Shown here: piece by piece, positions 9,979 through 19,145 of the stretch | Position numbering within the stretch: the stretch's first letter is position 1 | How the letters are laid out: each line of letters opens with the position of its first letter | From: Omnitrophica WOR_2 bacterium RIFOXYA2_FULL_38_17 | GTDB taxonomy: Bacteria; Omnitrophota; Gorgyraeia; Zapsychrales; Zapsychraceae | Assembly: GCA_001805965.1 (NCBI GenBank) | Contig: MHHG01000052.1 | Coordinates: 13,930-77,929, forward strand | Length of the DNA stretch: 64,000 nucleotides | Direction of reading: 5' to 3' | Notes under the pieces: generated by a model | What the model was told of the DNA's origin: nothing | The model's input: only the letters and a program-made list of their open reading frames with translations | Database searches by the model: none | Position numbers and translations under genes: made by a program

Positions 9979-10442
9979 GTAAATAGTGAAACAATTTGAA
10001 TGTATTAAGAAATGTGATACTATACTCATATTAGTTTACCTATGTTTATTTTTATTAAAAGAAAAGTTTAATGTTTTTTCATGCTTTCATGTTCTTTCTT
10101 TTCTTCCTGATAGTTTATCATGTTTATATTCGTGTTCATCATCGATGACAAAAGATCACGATGTTTTTGGGAGAGATAGAATAATTTGCTTGGTTATTTA
10201 TAATTTATTTATTGGAAGAAACATAGAGTTTTGCTTGCAGTGGGTCACATTGTGTTATAAGCATTTTAGATAAATAACTGAAAGAGTTCAGATTTTATTT
10301 GCTAAAGTTTTATATCCTTGTGAGATTTGATTCAGATTATTAACGTTATAGGTTTAAGTTGTATCTGCAATTCCTAGCATTAATTTTGTACCAAGTCAAT
10401 TAAGTTTACATAAATATCATTCTACAGAACAAGGAGGTTTTA

Positions 10443-12848
10443 ATGGCGCGGGGATTTTTTACCAATAATAAAAAGTTTTGTTTGTTTCTAGGATCTCTTT
10501 TATGCGTTATTGTTGTTGGTTGGTTATTGTTTTGTACAATCGGATACACTTTTATTGATAATGTGTATTATGAAAGGCTTTCCCCGCAATTAAATAGTAT
10601 AATTAGAGGCAAAAGTGCTTATCCTGTTCAACATTATTATGATCTTGCTAATAAGCTTATTGGCGGTTTTCTCTTTAATCTTCCAATTTTAGTTTGTTTT
10701 TTGCTTCTAATCTTTAGGCCAACATTCTTAAAATCTCTTCTTCCTTGGGACAAATGGTTTAAAAAACATACAGAGGATATTGACTCAATACCAGCTGCGC
10801 AGTTGGGATTATGGATTGTTTTAGCAGCAGCAGTAGGGCTATATGCGGAGTTGATGATCATTCGTATTCATTCATCGTTTTTTCAGCTTTTTGCATATTT
10901 TAAGAACATTAGTTTATTGTCATGTTTTCTCGGTTTGTGTATTGGTTTTGCACGTGGGAATAAGAAGCCTTTGCAGACTCCTGTTGTTTTGCCGATGATA
11001 ACAATGCAGATCTTGTTTTTGTTTAATTTGAGACATTCACCTATTGCAAAGCTACTTCAGAATCCTGTGTCAGAACAATTAGGAATGGGTATCAGTCAGA
11101 TAACGGGTCTTCTGACACTGTTTGTCACATATGGATTCCTTCTTTTTATTTTTGTTGTTAATATGTTTTGTTTTATTCCCTTAGGGCATTTGGTTTCACG
11201 TCTTATGTCAAAGCAGGACAAACTTGTGTCTTATAGTTGGAATCTTATTGGTAGTATTGCTGGGGTAATACTGTTTGGAGTTATCTCCTTTTTGTGGGCT
11301 CCGCCGATTCTTTGGCTTTTCATATGTGCGCTAGGGGTTATGGCGTTTCTCTATAAGGATAATAAAAGCATTGTTATTTCATTACTATGTATTTTCCTCA
11401 TTGTTTTATTCTTTTCTATCCCAACTCAACTTGATGAATACGATATCTATTCTCCATATCAAACGCTTACTTTGCGTATTGACCAAGGGGGGAGGCCTAT
11501 TAAGATCAAGACAAGTAATGTTTATCTTCAAAAGATCTTGGATCTAAGTAAGGAAGAGAAAAAAGAACATGATACAGAGGCAAGCTCTAAAGCTTATTAT
11601 GATTTTCCATATGTTTTCAAGAAAAATCCAAATAATGTTTTGATAGTTGGTAGCGGTACAGGTAATGATGTCTCAGCAGCTCTTCATAATAATGCTCAAA
11701 GAATTGACGCAGTTGAAATTGATCCTGCAATCATGGGTTTTGGAAAAGCTATTCATCCGGAGTTTCCTTACCAATCTGAAAAAGTTAATGCCATAGTTGA
11801 TGATGCGAGGGCATATTTCAGAAAAGCAAATAGCAAATATGATATTATTGTATATGCACTGTTAGATTCTCATATGTTGTTGTCAGGTCGAGCAGGCAAT
11901 ATGCGTTTGGATAGTTATGTTTATACGGTTGAGAGTTTCCAGGAGGCAAAAAATCTTCTTAAATCAGATGGTATAATTTGTTTGTCATTTTCTGTTCTTG
12001 ATGAGAATCTGGGAAAAAAGCTCTATAAAATGTTAGCTATGGCTTTTGATGGAAAGAATCCACTTGTGTTTAGAAGCAGTTACGATGGAAGCTTAACTTT
12101 TATTGCGGGAGAGGCTGTAACAGCACAACAATATTCAAGTCTTAATGAAGTTGAAAATATTACACATGAATTTTTAAATGATCAAAGTAAAGTAGACATT
12201 TCAACTGACGATTGGCCGTTTTTTTATATGCCTAAGAGAAAATATCCGAAATCATATTTTATGATTTTTTCTATATTGTTTCTCTTGTCGGGTTTTTATG
12301 TTAGAAAGTATATGTCTGTATCTGGCACAGAAGGCGGTTTCTCATGGCCTTGTTTTTTCTTAGGCGCTGGATTTATGCTTATTGAAACTAAGGGAATAAC
12401 TGAATTAGCATTGATCTATGGCAGTACATGGTTTGTTATAAGTATTGTTATATTAGCGATCCTTATTATGGCGTTCTTTGCTAATTTATTGGTCATTAAA
12501 CGGAAAGAGCCGTCTAGTTATGTAACCTATGGATTGCTTTTTGTTGCGATATTGATTGGATATTTTTTCACTTATTTGCACTCTGTGATGTCTATTTCAT
12601 TGAGCCGCATTGTTGTTCCAATGATTATTACATTACCATTATTCTTCTCTGGATTTGCATTTTCAACTGAGCTAAAAAAATCATCTTCGATAGGAGTTGC
12701 ATTATCTTCGAATTTATTGGGAGCTATGTTGGGTGGATTTCTAGAATATAATTCAATGTATTTTGGTTTTCGTTCGCTTTATATTATTGCATTGTTCACT
12801 TATGTTCTTGCTTTTGCGTCATCTGTTTTAGCATTGAAAAGGACATAA
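10443..12848 (+). CDS. Polytopic membrane protein fused to a spermidine-synthase-like (class I SAM/dcSAM-binding aminopropyltransferase fold) domain
   Basis: 801 aa with more than 12 hydrophobic helices flanking a central soluble domain carrying VLIVGSGTGNDV...DAVEIDPAI (spermidine-synthase-like GxGxG and acidic loop). Confidence 0.6.
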   Translation: MARGFFTNNKKFCLFLGSLLCVIVVGWLLFCTIGYTFIDNVYYERLSPQLNSIIRGKSAYPVQHYYDLANKLIGGFLFNLPILVCFLLLIFRPTFLKSLLPWDKWFKKHTEDIDSIPAAQLGLWIVLAAAVGLYAELMIIRIHSSFFQLFAYFKNISLLSCFLGLCIGFARGNKKPLQTPVVLPMITMQILFLFNLRHSPIAKLLQNPVSEQLGMGISQITGLLTLFVTYGFLLFIFVVNMFCFIPLGHLVSRLMSKQDKLVSYSWNLIGSIAGVILFGVISFLWAPPILWLFICALGVMAFLYKDNKSIVISLLCIFLIVLFFSIPTQLDEYDIYSPYQTLTLRIDQGGRPIKIKTSNVYLQKILDLSKEEKKEHDTEASSKAYYDFPYVFKKNPNNVLIVGSGTGNDVSAALHNNAQRIDAVEIDPAIMGFGKAIHPEFPYQSEKVNAIVDDARAYFRKANSKYDIIVYALLDSHMLLSGRAGNMRLDSYVYTVESFQEAKNLLKSDGIICLSFSVLDENLGKKLYKMLAMAFDGKNPLVFRSSYDGSLTFIAGEAVTAQQYSSLNEVENITHEFLNDQSKVDISTDDWPFFYMPKRKYPKSYFMIFSILFLLSGFYVRKYMSVSGTEGGFSWPCFFLGAGFMLIETKGITELALIYGSTWFVISIVILAILIMAFFANLLVIKRKEPSSYVTYGLLFVAILIGYFFTYLHSVMSISLSRIVVPMIITLPLFFSGFAFSTELKKSSSIGVALSSNLLGAMLGGFLEYNSMYFGFRSLYIIALFTYVLAFASSVLALKRT

Positions 12849-12903
12849 ATGATAGTAATCAAAATTGCATGAAAAAAAAGAAATAAATTGAAAGGGGCAG
12901 AAA

Positions 12904-13134
12904 GTGGATATTAAGGAACGGTTAAATAAGGTTTTCAAAGATGTTTTTGATGATGATTCTCTTGAAATTAATGAAACGATGACAGCAGAAGATGTGGATA
13001 TGTGGGATTCTCTTATGCATATTACGCTTATTGTTGCCATTGAGAGAGAATTTGGTATAAAATTTAATACTTCAGATGTTAATTCTTTAGAAAATGTTGG
13101 AAGTTTAATTGAAAAAATAAAAGAACGTTCTTAG
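12904..13134 (+). CDS. Acyl/peptidyl carrier protein (DltC/ACP-like)
   Basis: 76 aa; GTG start after an AAAGGGG RBS; DMWDSLMHITLI phosphopantetheine-attachment Ser motif in a 4-helix ACP-sized protein. Confidence 0.8.
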   Translation: MDIKERLNKVFKDVFDDDSLEINETMTAEDVDMWDSLMHITLIVAIEREFGIKFNTSDVNSLENVGSLIEKIKERS

Positions 13135-13184
13135 ATTGGTTTTAGGGGTAATAGTAACTAAGAACGGTTTATAAAAAATATTGT

Positions 13185-14930
13185 TTGGGATTTGCGGTTA
13201 TAGTGGATTTTTTAAAGTTAAAAAAGAACCTAAAAAAAGATTTTTCAAAGTTTCAGATCGTAAAAATTGCGATATTGGGAGATAATGCGACACAATTATT
13301 TGCTCAAGCTTTGAAGGGATATGGTTATGAGATTAGTATCAATTTTGACATTTTTGAAGCTGATTACAATCAGATAGACCTGCAGATATTTGATAGATCT
13401 TCTGAATTTTACAAGTTTAAACCAGAATTTGCTGTTCTCGCATGTTCCTCTCAAAAACTTCTTAAAAAATTCTATAAGCTCAATGATGTGCAGAAGGCAG
13501 TTTTTGCTAGTGAACAGATAAACAAGATTGAATCTGAGGTGAAGACCATTCTTGACAATCATCCTTGCAGGGTAATTTATTTTAATTACACAGAAAGCGA
13601 TGATAATATTTATGGAAATTATTCCAACAAGGTCAAGGAATCCTGGCTTTATCAGATTAGGAAAATTAATCTGGATTTGATGAACCTTAGTCAGGATATT
13701 TGTAATTTATTCATAAATGATATTTGCTCCTTACAGCATCAATATGGAAGAAGATTTGTTCATGATGCTAAATTTTATGTCAATGCCGATATGGTATTTA
13801 GCGTCGATTCCCTTCCGATCATCGCAAAGAATGTGACGGACATTGTTTTAGCTGTAAATGGAAAATTAAAAAAATGCTTAATATTGGACTTAGATAATCT
13901 TTTGTGGGGTGGAGTAATTGGCGATGATGGGGTCAATGGCATAGAATTGGGTGATCTAGGTATAGGAAAAGTATTTGTTGAGCTTCAAGAGTGGATAAAG
14001 CAGTTGAAAGATCGGGGTATTATTCTTGCCGTATGCAGTAAGAATGATGAGGATAATGCAAAAGAGCCTTTTGAAAAACATCCAGACATGGTTCTTAAGT
14101 TGGATGATATTGCTGTTTTTGTATCCAATTGGGAAAACAAATCCGAGAACATCAAGCATATTCAAGCTGTTCTCAATATTGGTTTTGATTCCATGGTATT
14201 TCTTGACGACAATCCTTTTGAGCGGGAGATAGTGCATTCCTTTATTCCGGACATTTCTATTCCTGACTTACCTGAAGATCCATCAGAGTATTTAGATTTT
14301 ATAAAGAGTTGTAACTTTTTTGAAACAGCTTCGCATTCTTCAAATGACAGCAATCGGACTAAGCAGTATCAACAGGAAGCAAAGAGAAAAGGAATTCAAA
14401 AAAACTTTGCAAATGAAGATGAATTTTTAGCAAGTTTAGGAATGCAATCGGATGTTAAAGAGTTTGATGAGTTTACCATTCCAAGAATTGCGCAATTAAC
14501 CCAAAGATCCAATCAGTTTAATTTGAGGACTATAAGATATTCTGAAGATGATATTCGAAGAATATCTGAGTCTAAAGATCACCATGGATTATCTTTTACT
14601 CTTGAAGATAAGTTTGGTGATTATGGTTTGATAAGCGTTGTTATCCTGGAGAATAGAGGCAAGGAATTGTTTGTTGATACCTGGATCATGAGTTGCAGGG
14701 TGCTCAAAAGAGGGGTTGAAAAATTTGTTTTTAATCAAGTTTTAAAATACGCACAGACCAATGGATGTCAGCGAATTGTTGGAGAGTATATCCCTACGGC
14801 AAAAAATAGTATTGCAAAAAATCTTTATGAAGATTTGGGTTTTTCTTGTGAGTCTGGATATTGGTATGTTGATGTAAAGGGCTCTGATATGAAGGCTAAC
14901 TTAATTAAACATAATGTGAATTGTATTTAG
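13185..14930 (+). CDS. FkbH-like HAD-superfamily (subfamily IIIC) protein with C-terminal GNAT-like domain; putative carrier-protein loading enzyme
   Basis: LDLDNLLWGGVIGDDG HAD motif I in the FkbH arrangement, followed by a C-terminal acyltransferase-like domain; 581 aa; TTG start predicted; adjacent to the ACP. Confidence 0.7.
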   Translation: MGFAVIVDFLKLKKNLKKDFSKFQIVKIAILGDNATQLFAQALKGYGYEISINFDIFEADYNQIDLQIFDRSSEFYKFKPEFAVLACSSQKLLKKFYKLNDVQKAVFASEQINKIESEVKTILDNHPCRVIYFNYTESDDNIYGNYSNKVKESWLYQIRKINLDLMNLSQDICNLFINDICSLQHQYGRRFVHDAKFYVNADMVFSVDSLPIIAKNVTDIVLAVNGKLKKCLILDLDNLLWGGVIGDDGVNGIELGDLGIGKVFVELQEWIKQLKDRGIILAVCSKNDEDNAKEPFEKHPDMVLKLDDIAVFVSNWENKSENIKHIQAVLNIGFDSMVFLDDNPFEREIVHSFIPDISIPDLPEDPSEYLDFIKSCNFFETASHSSNDSNRTKQYQQEAKRKGIQKNFANEDEFLASLGMQSDVKEFDEFTIPRIAQLTQRSNQFNLRTIRYSEDDIRRISESKDHHGLSFTLEDKFGDYGLISVVILENRGKELFVDTWIMSCRVLKRGVEKFVFNQVLKYAQTNGCQRIVGEYIPTAKNSIAKNLYEDLGFSCESGYWYVDVKGSDMKANLIKHNVNCI

Positions 14931-14958
14931 AGGGATCCTGAATATTGGAAGGAAAAAT

Positions 14959-16053
14959 TTGATGGATAATAAAAGAAATATTGTGAAGCAACTAAAGATT
15001 ATTAGCGCATTTCTTTTGTTTTCTTTTACATTGATTGTTGTCGCAGAAGTAGGCATTCGGATATTTTATCCGCAAATGTACAAAACAACTTATTTGGATG
15101 AGTTTTCTCCGGGCATTGAGGATGAGCAATTGGGGACTATTTTTGCACCAAATGCAACCTGGATCATTGAGAGACCAGAGTTTAAAGTAACACATTATAC
15201 AAATAGTCAGGGTTTGGCTGACAAAACTAATCATATTATTCCTAAACCAAAAGGATTGAAACGGATCTTAGTTTGTGGAAGTTCTAATACTTTTTCAGAA
15301 GGTGTCGAGCAAGATGAGGGATGGCCCGCTATTCTTGAAAGTGAACTTTTGCGAAAGGGTTATAATGTTGATGTTGTTAAAGCAGGGATGTTTGCTTTTG
15401 ATACGGCATCAACAGTTCTTTTTATGGAGAGAATTTTTGATAAATATCAACCCAACTATGTTGTTATCTCTGTTGATTCTGCTGTGATTCTCACCAATGC
15501 GCCAATGTCGAAATTTCAAGAAAAAAAGAAACAAAGTGATTATAATTTTAAAATTGCACATAAGCCCAAGAAGGATTTGCACCTTATCAGTCTGATTAAA
15601 AGAATTATTCGGATGAATGATATTGTCTATTCTCATTACAATATGAAGAAAGGGTGGGCCCCAATTTTTGAAGTAGACGGAGAATTTAGAAGAAATCAAA
15701 TTGAGATAACGAAGGAACTCTTATTGAGGGCTAAAGAGTTTGTCTCAAAAAAAGGTGCTTCTTTGGTAGTTTTATCAATACCAGAAAATACACAAACTCT
15801 TATAAAAGCGAATAATATTCAAATTGAGAACATTGACCCTGAAATTAATGATAAAGCATTGGCGGGATTTTCTAAGTCTCAGGATATTTTTTGGCTTTCT
15901 ACACTAACACCTTTGTCCGAGAATTATAAAAGAGAAAGAAAAAAATTGTACCATAGACTAGATGGACATTTAAACAGAAATGGACACAGAATTATTGGTG
16001 AGTTTTTGTCTGATCAGTTTGAGGGGCTTTTTAAAGATAGCAAAACAAAGTAA
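14959..16053 (+). CDS. SGNH/GDSL-fold hydrolase or acyltransferase, N-terminally membrane-anchored (DltD/AlgJ-like role)
   Basis: N-terminal TM helix; block I ILVCGSSNTF (catalytic Ser); C-terminal DGHLNRNGH (DxxH block V). Confidence 0.6.
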   Translation: MMDNKRNIVKQLKIISAFLLFSFTLIVVAEVGIRIFYPQMYKTTYLDEFSPGIEDEQLGTIFAPNATWIIERPEFKVTHYTNSQGLADKTNHIIPKPKGLKRILVCGSSNTFSEGVEQDEGWPAILESELLRKGYNVDVVKAGMFAFDTASTVLFMERIFDKYQPNYVVISVDSAVILTNAPMSKFQEKKKQSDYNFKIAHKPKKDLHLISLIKRIIRMNDIVYSHYNMKKGWAPIFEVDGEFRRNQIEITKELLLRAKEFVSKKGASLVVLSIPENTQTLIKANNIQIENIDPEINDKALAGFSKSQDIFWLSTLTPLSENYKRERKKLYHRLDGHLNRNGHRIIGEFLSDQFEGLFKDSKTK

Positions 16054-16243
16054 ATGAAGCAATAATTTCTCCCTTGTAGGAAATCAATTCATTACATTTG
16101 AAGTTTTAACAATGAGCATTTATATCTGATTGTATTTGATAGGGGATAGTTGCTGATTAAAGTGAACATGAGGCCGAAGGCCGAGTGAACTTGATCAGTA
16201 GCTATCGCCTGTTTAGTAATCAGAGGAAAAAGATAATGCTCTA

Positions 16244-17668
16244 CTATAAAACTTGATAAATAAACTGAGGGGTGTTATCTGTGAAGAAAAGAGCAGTAAT
16301 TATAATTGCTAAAAACTTAATGCTCAATGAAAGAAACGAGGAGTATAGCTTCAAATTTTCAGGTAGGAATTTTGTCAATTTTAAAAGGGGTTTCTCGATA
16401 GCGACAAGCAAAAGTTTTATGAAGGCGAGAATCATAGTGCCAACTGCGAAAGTTGCAAATAATCCTGTGAATGATAATGATCTTATAAGCCAAGAGATTC
16501 TTTGTGCGCTTAGAAAAAGGCATGATGTACTTATGAACATGTAGCTGAAAGTCAATCCAGAGGTAAAAGTGTTAAAAATAATATTATTATTTAGCTTAGA
16601 ATAGTTTTCTTTGCTCAATTTTTGGCGGCAAAGGTTGTCGTAAAGTTTGTTGAGGCTAACTCCAGTTCCTAGGAGGAGTCCATAAATAACTGATGAAAAT
16701 GTAGATCCATGCCACAAGCCCACGATGAAAAACGTAATAAAATATGCAATGATGCCAAATAGATTGAACAATTTAGGACTATTGTTCATGATTACAAATT
16801 TCTTTAATATTGGATTAAAGATAAATGTTTTAAACCAGTTTGATAGTGTGATGTGCCAACGACTCCAAAAATCTAAGAGACTTGTTGCCCGAAATGGTTG
16901 ATTGAAATTTTCAGGTAACTTAAAACCAATGATTTGTCCAATTGTAATGATGATATCCATGTATCCAGCAAAATAAATATATATGTACAAATAGTAGAAG
17001 CTGGATGCTCCAAAATATGTGTAAATATTCTGAGGATTTGAATAAAAAGATGTAGCTAAATTTTCATAAATTATATGGAAAAGTGGGGCTATCAGTAAGA
17101 TTTTAAGGTATCCATTAACGAGTCTTTTGCAGTGAATGAGGAAATCGAAGTAAATGTTTTTATTGTTGAGGTCTTTCAGCTGAGCCTTGAAGTCTTTGAA
17201 GGACTGTATGGGCCCAGATATGTAACATAAATAAAAACAAACATAATTAAAAAAGTCAAAAATTCCAATTTTTTCTTTATATTGTCGTTCATTTACATCA
17301 ATCATAAGGTGAATAACTCTAAAAAGAATGAAGGAAAAGCCAATGGATAAATAGGGTTTATTGTAAAAAGGGACGAAGAATAGAAAGGCATATTTTTTTA
17401 AATATATGAATATTCCGATTAATAGTAGTAGCAAAAATAGAAAGGCATTCTTAAAGCATTGTTTTTCAATAAGTTTTATGGCTGTAAAACAAAAAACCAG
17501 GAAAAGTCCTAGGGGTATTAATTCATAAGGACTTTTGGCCAGAAGACAAAGAAAAGTAATATTAAGAATAGCTATACCCAAAGATTTGAATGTCTTAATG
17601 GGTGTAATATGAAACGCTAAAAATGTTAAAAATATATAGATTGTAAACTGTTTTGAGGCAATATTCAT
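16244..17668 (-). CDS. MBOAT-family membrane-bound O-acyltransferase (DltB/AlgI-like)
   Basis: 474 aa, polytopic; conserved MBOAT His region FWSRWHITLSNWFKTFIFNP. Confidence 0.85.
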   Translation of the reverse strand: MNIASKQFTIYIFLTFLAFHITPIKTFKSLGIAILNITFLCLLAKSPYELIPLGLFLVFCFTAIKLIEKQCFKNAFLFLLLLLIGIFIYLKKYAFLFFVPFYNKPYLSIGFSFILFRVIHLMIDVNERQYKEKIGIFDFFNYVCFYLCYISGPIQSFKDFKAQLKDLNNKNIYFDFLIHCKRLVNGYLKILLIAPLFHIIYENLATSFYSNPQNIYTYFGASSFYYLYIYIYFAGYMDIIITIGQIIGFKLPENFNQPFRATSLLDFWSRWHITLSNWFKTFIFNPILKKFVIMNNSPKLFNLFGIIAYFITFFIVGLWHGSTFSSVIYGLLLGTGVSLNKLYDNLCRQKLSKENYSKLNNNIIFNTFTSGLTFSYMFISTSCLFLSAQRISWLIRSLSFTGLFATFAVGTMILAFIKLLLVAIEKPLLKLTKFLPENLKLYSSFLSLSIKFLAIIITALFFTDNTPQFIYQVL

Positions 17669-17760
17669 AAAATTTTTTATAATGACATTCTTGTTAATAT
17701 TTGATTTTTATGTATAATACTTTGAATATTATTTAATCTAAGATAACAAATTGAAGCTAA

Positions 17761-18708
17761 ATGTCAAAAACTCTTTCAAAAAACTTAAATGAAAAAGTTC
17801 CCAATGAATATCCTCTACTGAAAGATTGTTTGATGTATTTGAATAACAATTTTTCTCTATATTCAACAGCAAACAACTATATATTAAACAATTTTGATGA
17901 TAACTATTATTTGTCTTCAGAAGAACTTTTAAGAATCATGATGCGCATGACTGGGGGAAAAGAGGGTTTGATGAAGTCCTTAGATTCTCTGGTCCAGGTT
18001 TCAAGAGGGATGATGCTATCACAAGCGCGTTTGAAGATGAACGGAAAATATGAGTTTAGCTCCTTTGAAGAGGTAAATGCAAATTTTTATCAAAATAAGG
18101 ATGTAATTATTGGGCATATGGATGCACTGTTGATATCTCAAGTTTTTTGGCCAAATCATTACAAATTTGGCCAATTCTTTATCAATTTATCAGATTTAAC
18201 GAATTCGAGTTCAAAAGTTTTAGATATTCCGTCTGGTGATGGGATCTTTAGTTATTATTTATCAAAGTGTTTTTCTTTTAAAGAGCTTCATTGTGTTGAT
18301 ATCAGTTCTTATTGTATTGATTACACTAAAAAATTTCTTGAAGCATCTAATTTGGGCACTGATAAAATTTATTATATGGTAAAAGATGTTTTTGATTTTT
18401 CTGAAAGTGAAGTGTATGATTTTATTGTTTGTGGTGAACTTTTGGAGCATGTTGAAAATCCAGAGCGATTATTAGGAAAACTGAAAACATTGACTAATAA
18501 CGATGGCAGGATATTTTTAACTACAGCAATATTTTCTGCATCAGAAGATCATATTTATCTGTTTAATAATGTAGATGAGGTCAGGGATATGATTAATAAT
18601 CATTTTGTTATTGAGTCAGAGTTAATATTACCGTCTTCTTTAAAGGACTATGATCCGAGTATGGAAAAAGAAGCTATTAATTATGCTTGTGTAGTGAGGG
18701 TAAAGTGA
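17761..18708 (+). CDS. Class I SAM-dependent methyltransferase
   Basis: Motif I VLDIPSGDGIFSYYL and acidic motif II (VCGELLEH). Confidence 0.7.
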   Translation: MSKTLSKNLNEKVPNEYPLLKDCLMYLNNNFSLYSTANNYILNNFDDNYYLSSEELLRIMMRMTGGKEGLMKSLDSLVQVSRGMMLSQARLKMNGKYEFSSFEEVNANFYQNKDVIIGHMDALLISQVFWPNHYKFGQFFINLSDLTNSSSKVLDIPSGDGIFSYYLSKCFSFKELHCVDISSYCIDYTKKFLEASNLGTDKIYYMVKDVFDFSESEVYDFIVCGELLEHVENPERLLGKLKTLTNNDGRIFLTTAIFSASEDHIYLFNNVDEVRDMINNHFVIESELILPSSLKDYDPSMEKEAINYACVVRVK

Positions 18709-19103
18709 AAGAAGTTTATCGGCTAAATGTATTGGGGGATGATGTTGTCTTTCATCATATTGGAATTGTTACAAAATCCATGGATGAAATTATTGATCCT
18801 AAGCTAAAAATTGAAGATCCTATCCAAAAAGTAAGAGTCGCATTTGCTGATATGCATGGATTGCAGGTTGAGCTTATTGAACCATTAGGGGACGAATCTC
18901 CAGTACATAAATTTCTAAAAAAGAAACAGTATTTCTATCATTTGTGTTTCTCGGTAAAGGATGTTGAAAGAACTTTGGAAATATCCAAGGAAAATGACTT
19001 TTACTGTGTTTCTAGACCAGCTAAAGCGGTTGCCTTTGGTAATAATAAGATTGCTTGGATTTACAGTAGGGAATATGGGTTAATAGAATTGCTTGAAAGA
19101 TAG
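18687..19103 (+). CDS. VOC/glyoxalase-family protein (methylmalonyl-CoA-epimerase-like)
   Basis: VFHHIGIVTKSMDE N-terminal metal-binding His motif typical of VOC epimerases. The start may be GTG 18705, overlapping the upstream stop as GTGA. Confidence 0.6.
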   Translation: MCSEGKVKEVYRLNVLGDDVVFHHIGIVTKSMDEIIDPKLKIEDPIQKVRVAFADMHGLQVELIEPLGDESPVHKFLKKKQYFYHLCFSVKDVERTLEISKENDFYCVSRPAKAVAFGNNKIAWIYSREYGLIELLER

Positions 19104-19145
19104 CAAGTACAATATTTGTTTTAATAGAAAAAGGAGCTTGATTTA

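Noticed and set aside
9986-10273. 95-aa Cys-rich ORF in the 527-bp AT-rich gap between the TonB receptor and the 801-aa membrane protein
   Set aside because: Sits in low-complexity AT-rich DNA with no RBS and no recognisable fold; more likely a promoter or UTR region than a gene. The gap itself may hold regulatory elements, but I cannot identify a structured RNA.
16054-16243. GGCCGAAGGCC mini-palindrome and ATTTC...GAAAT repeats in the convergent gap between the SGNH gene and the MBOAT gene
   Set aside because: Stems are short (4-5 bp) and not followed by a convincing T-run on either strand, so there is not enough to call a bidirectional terminator.
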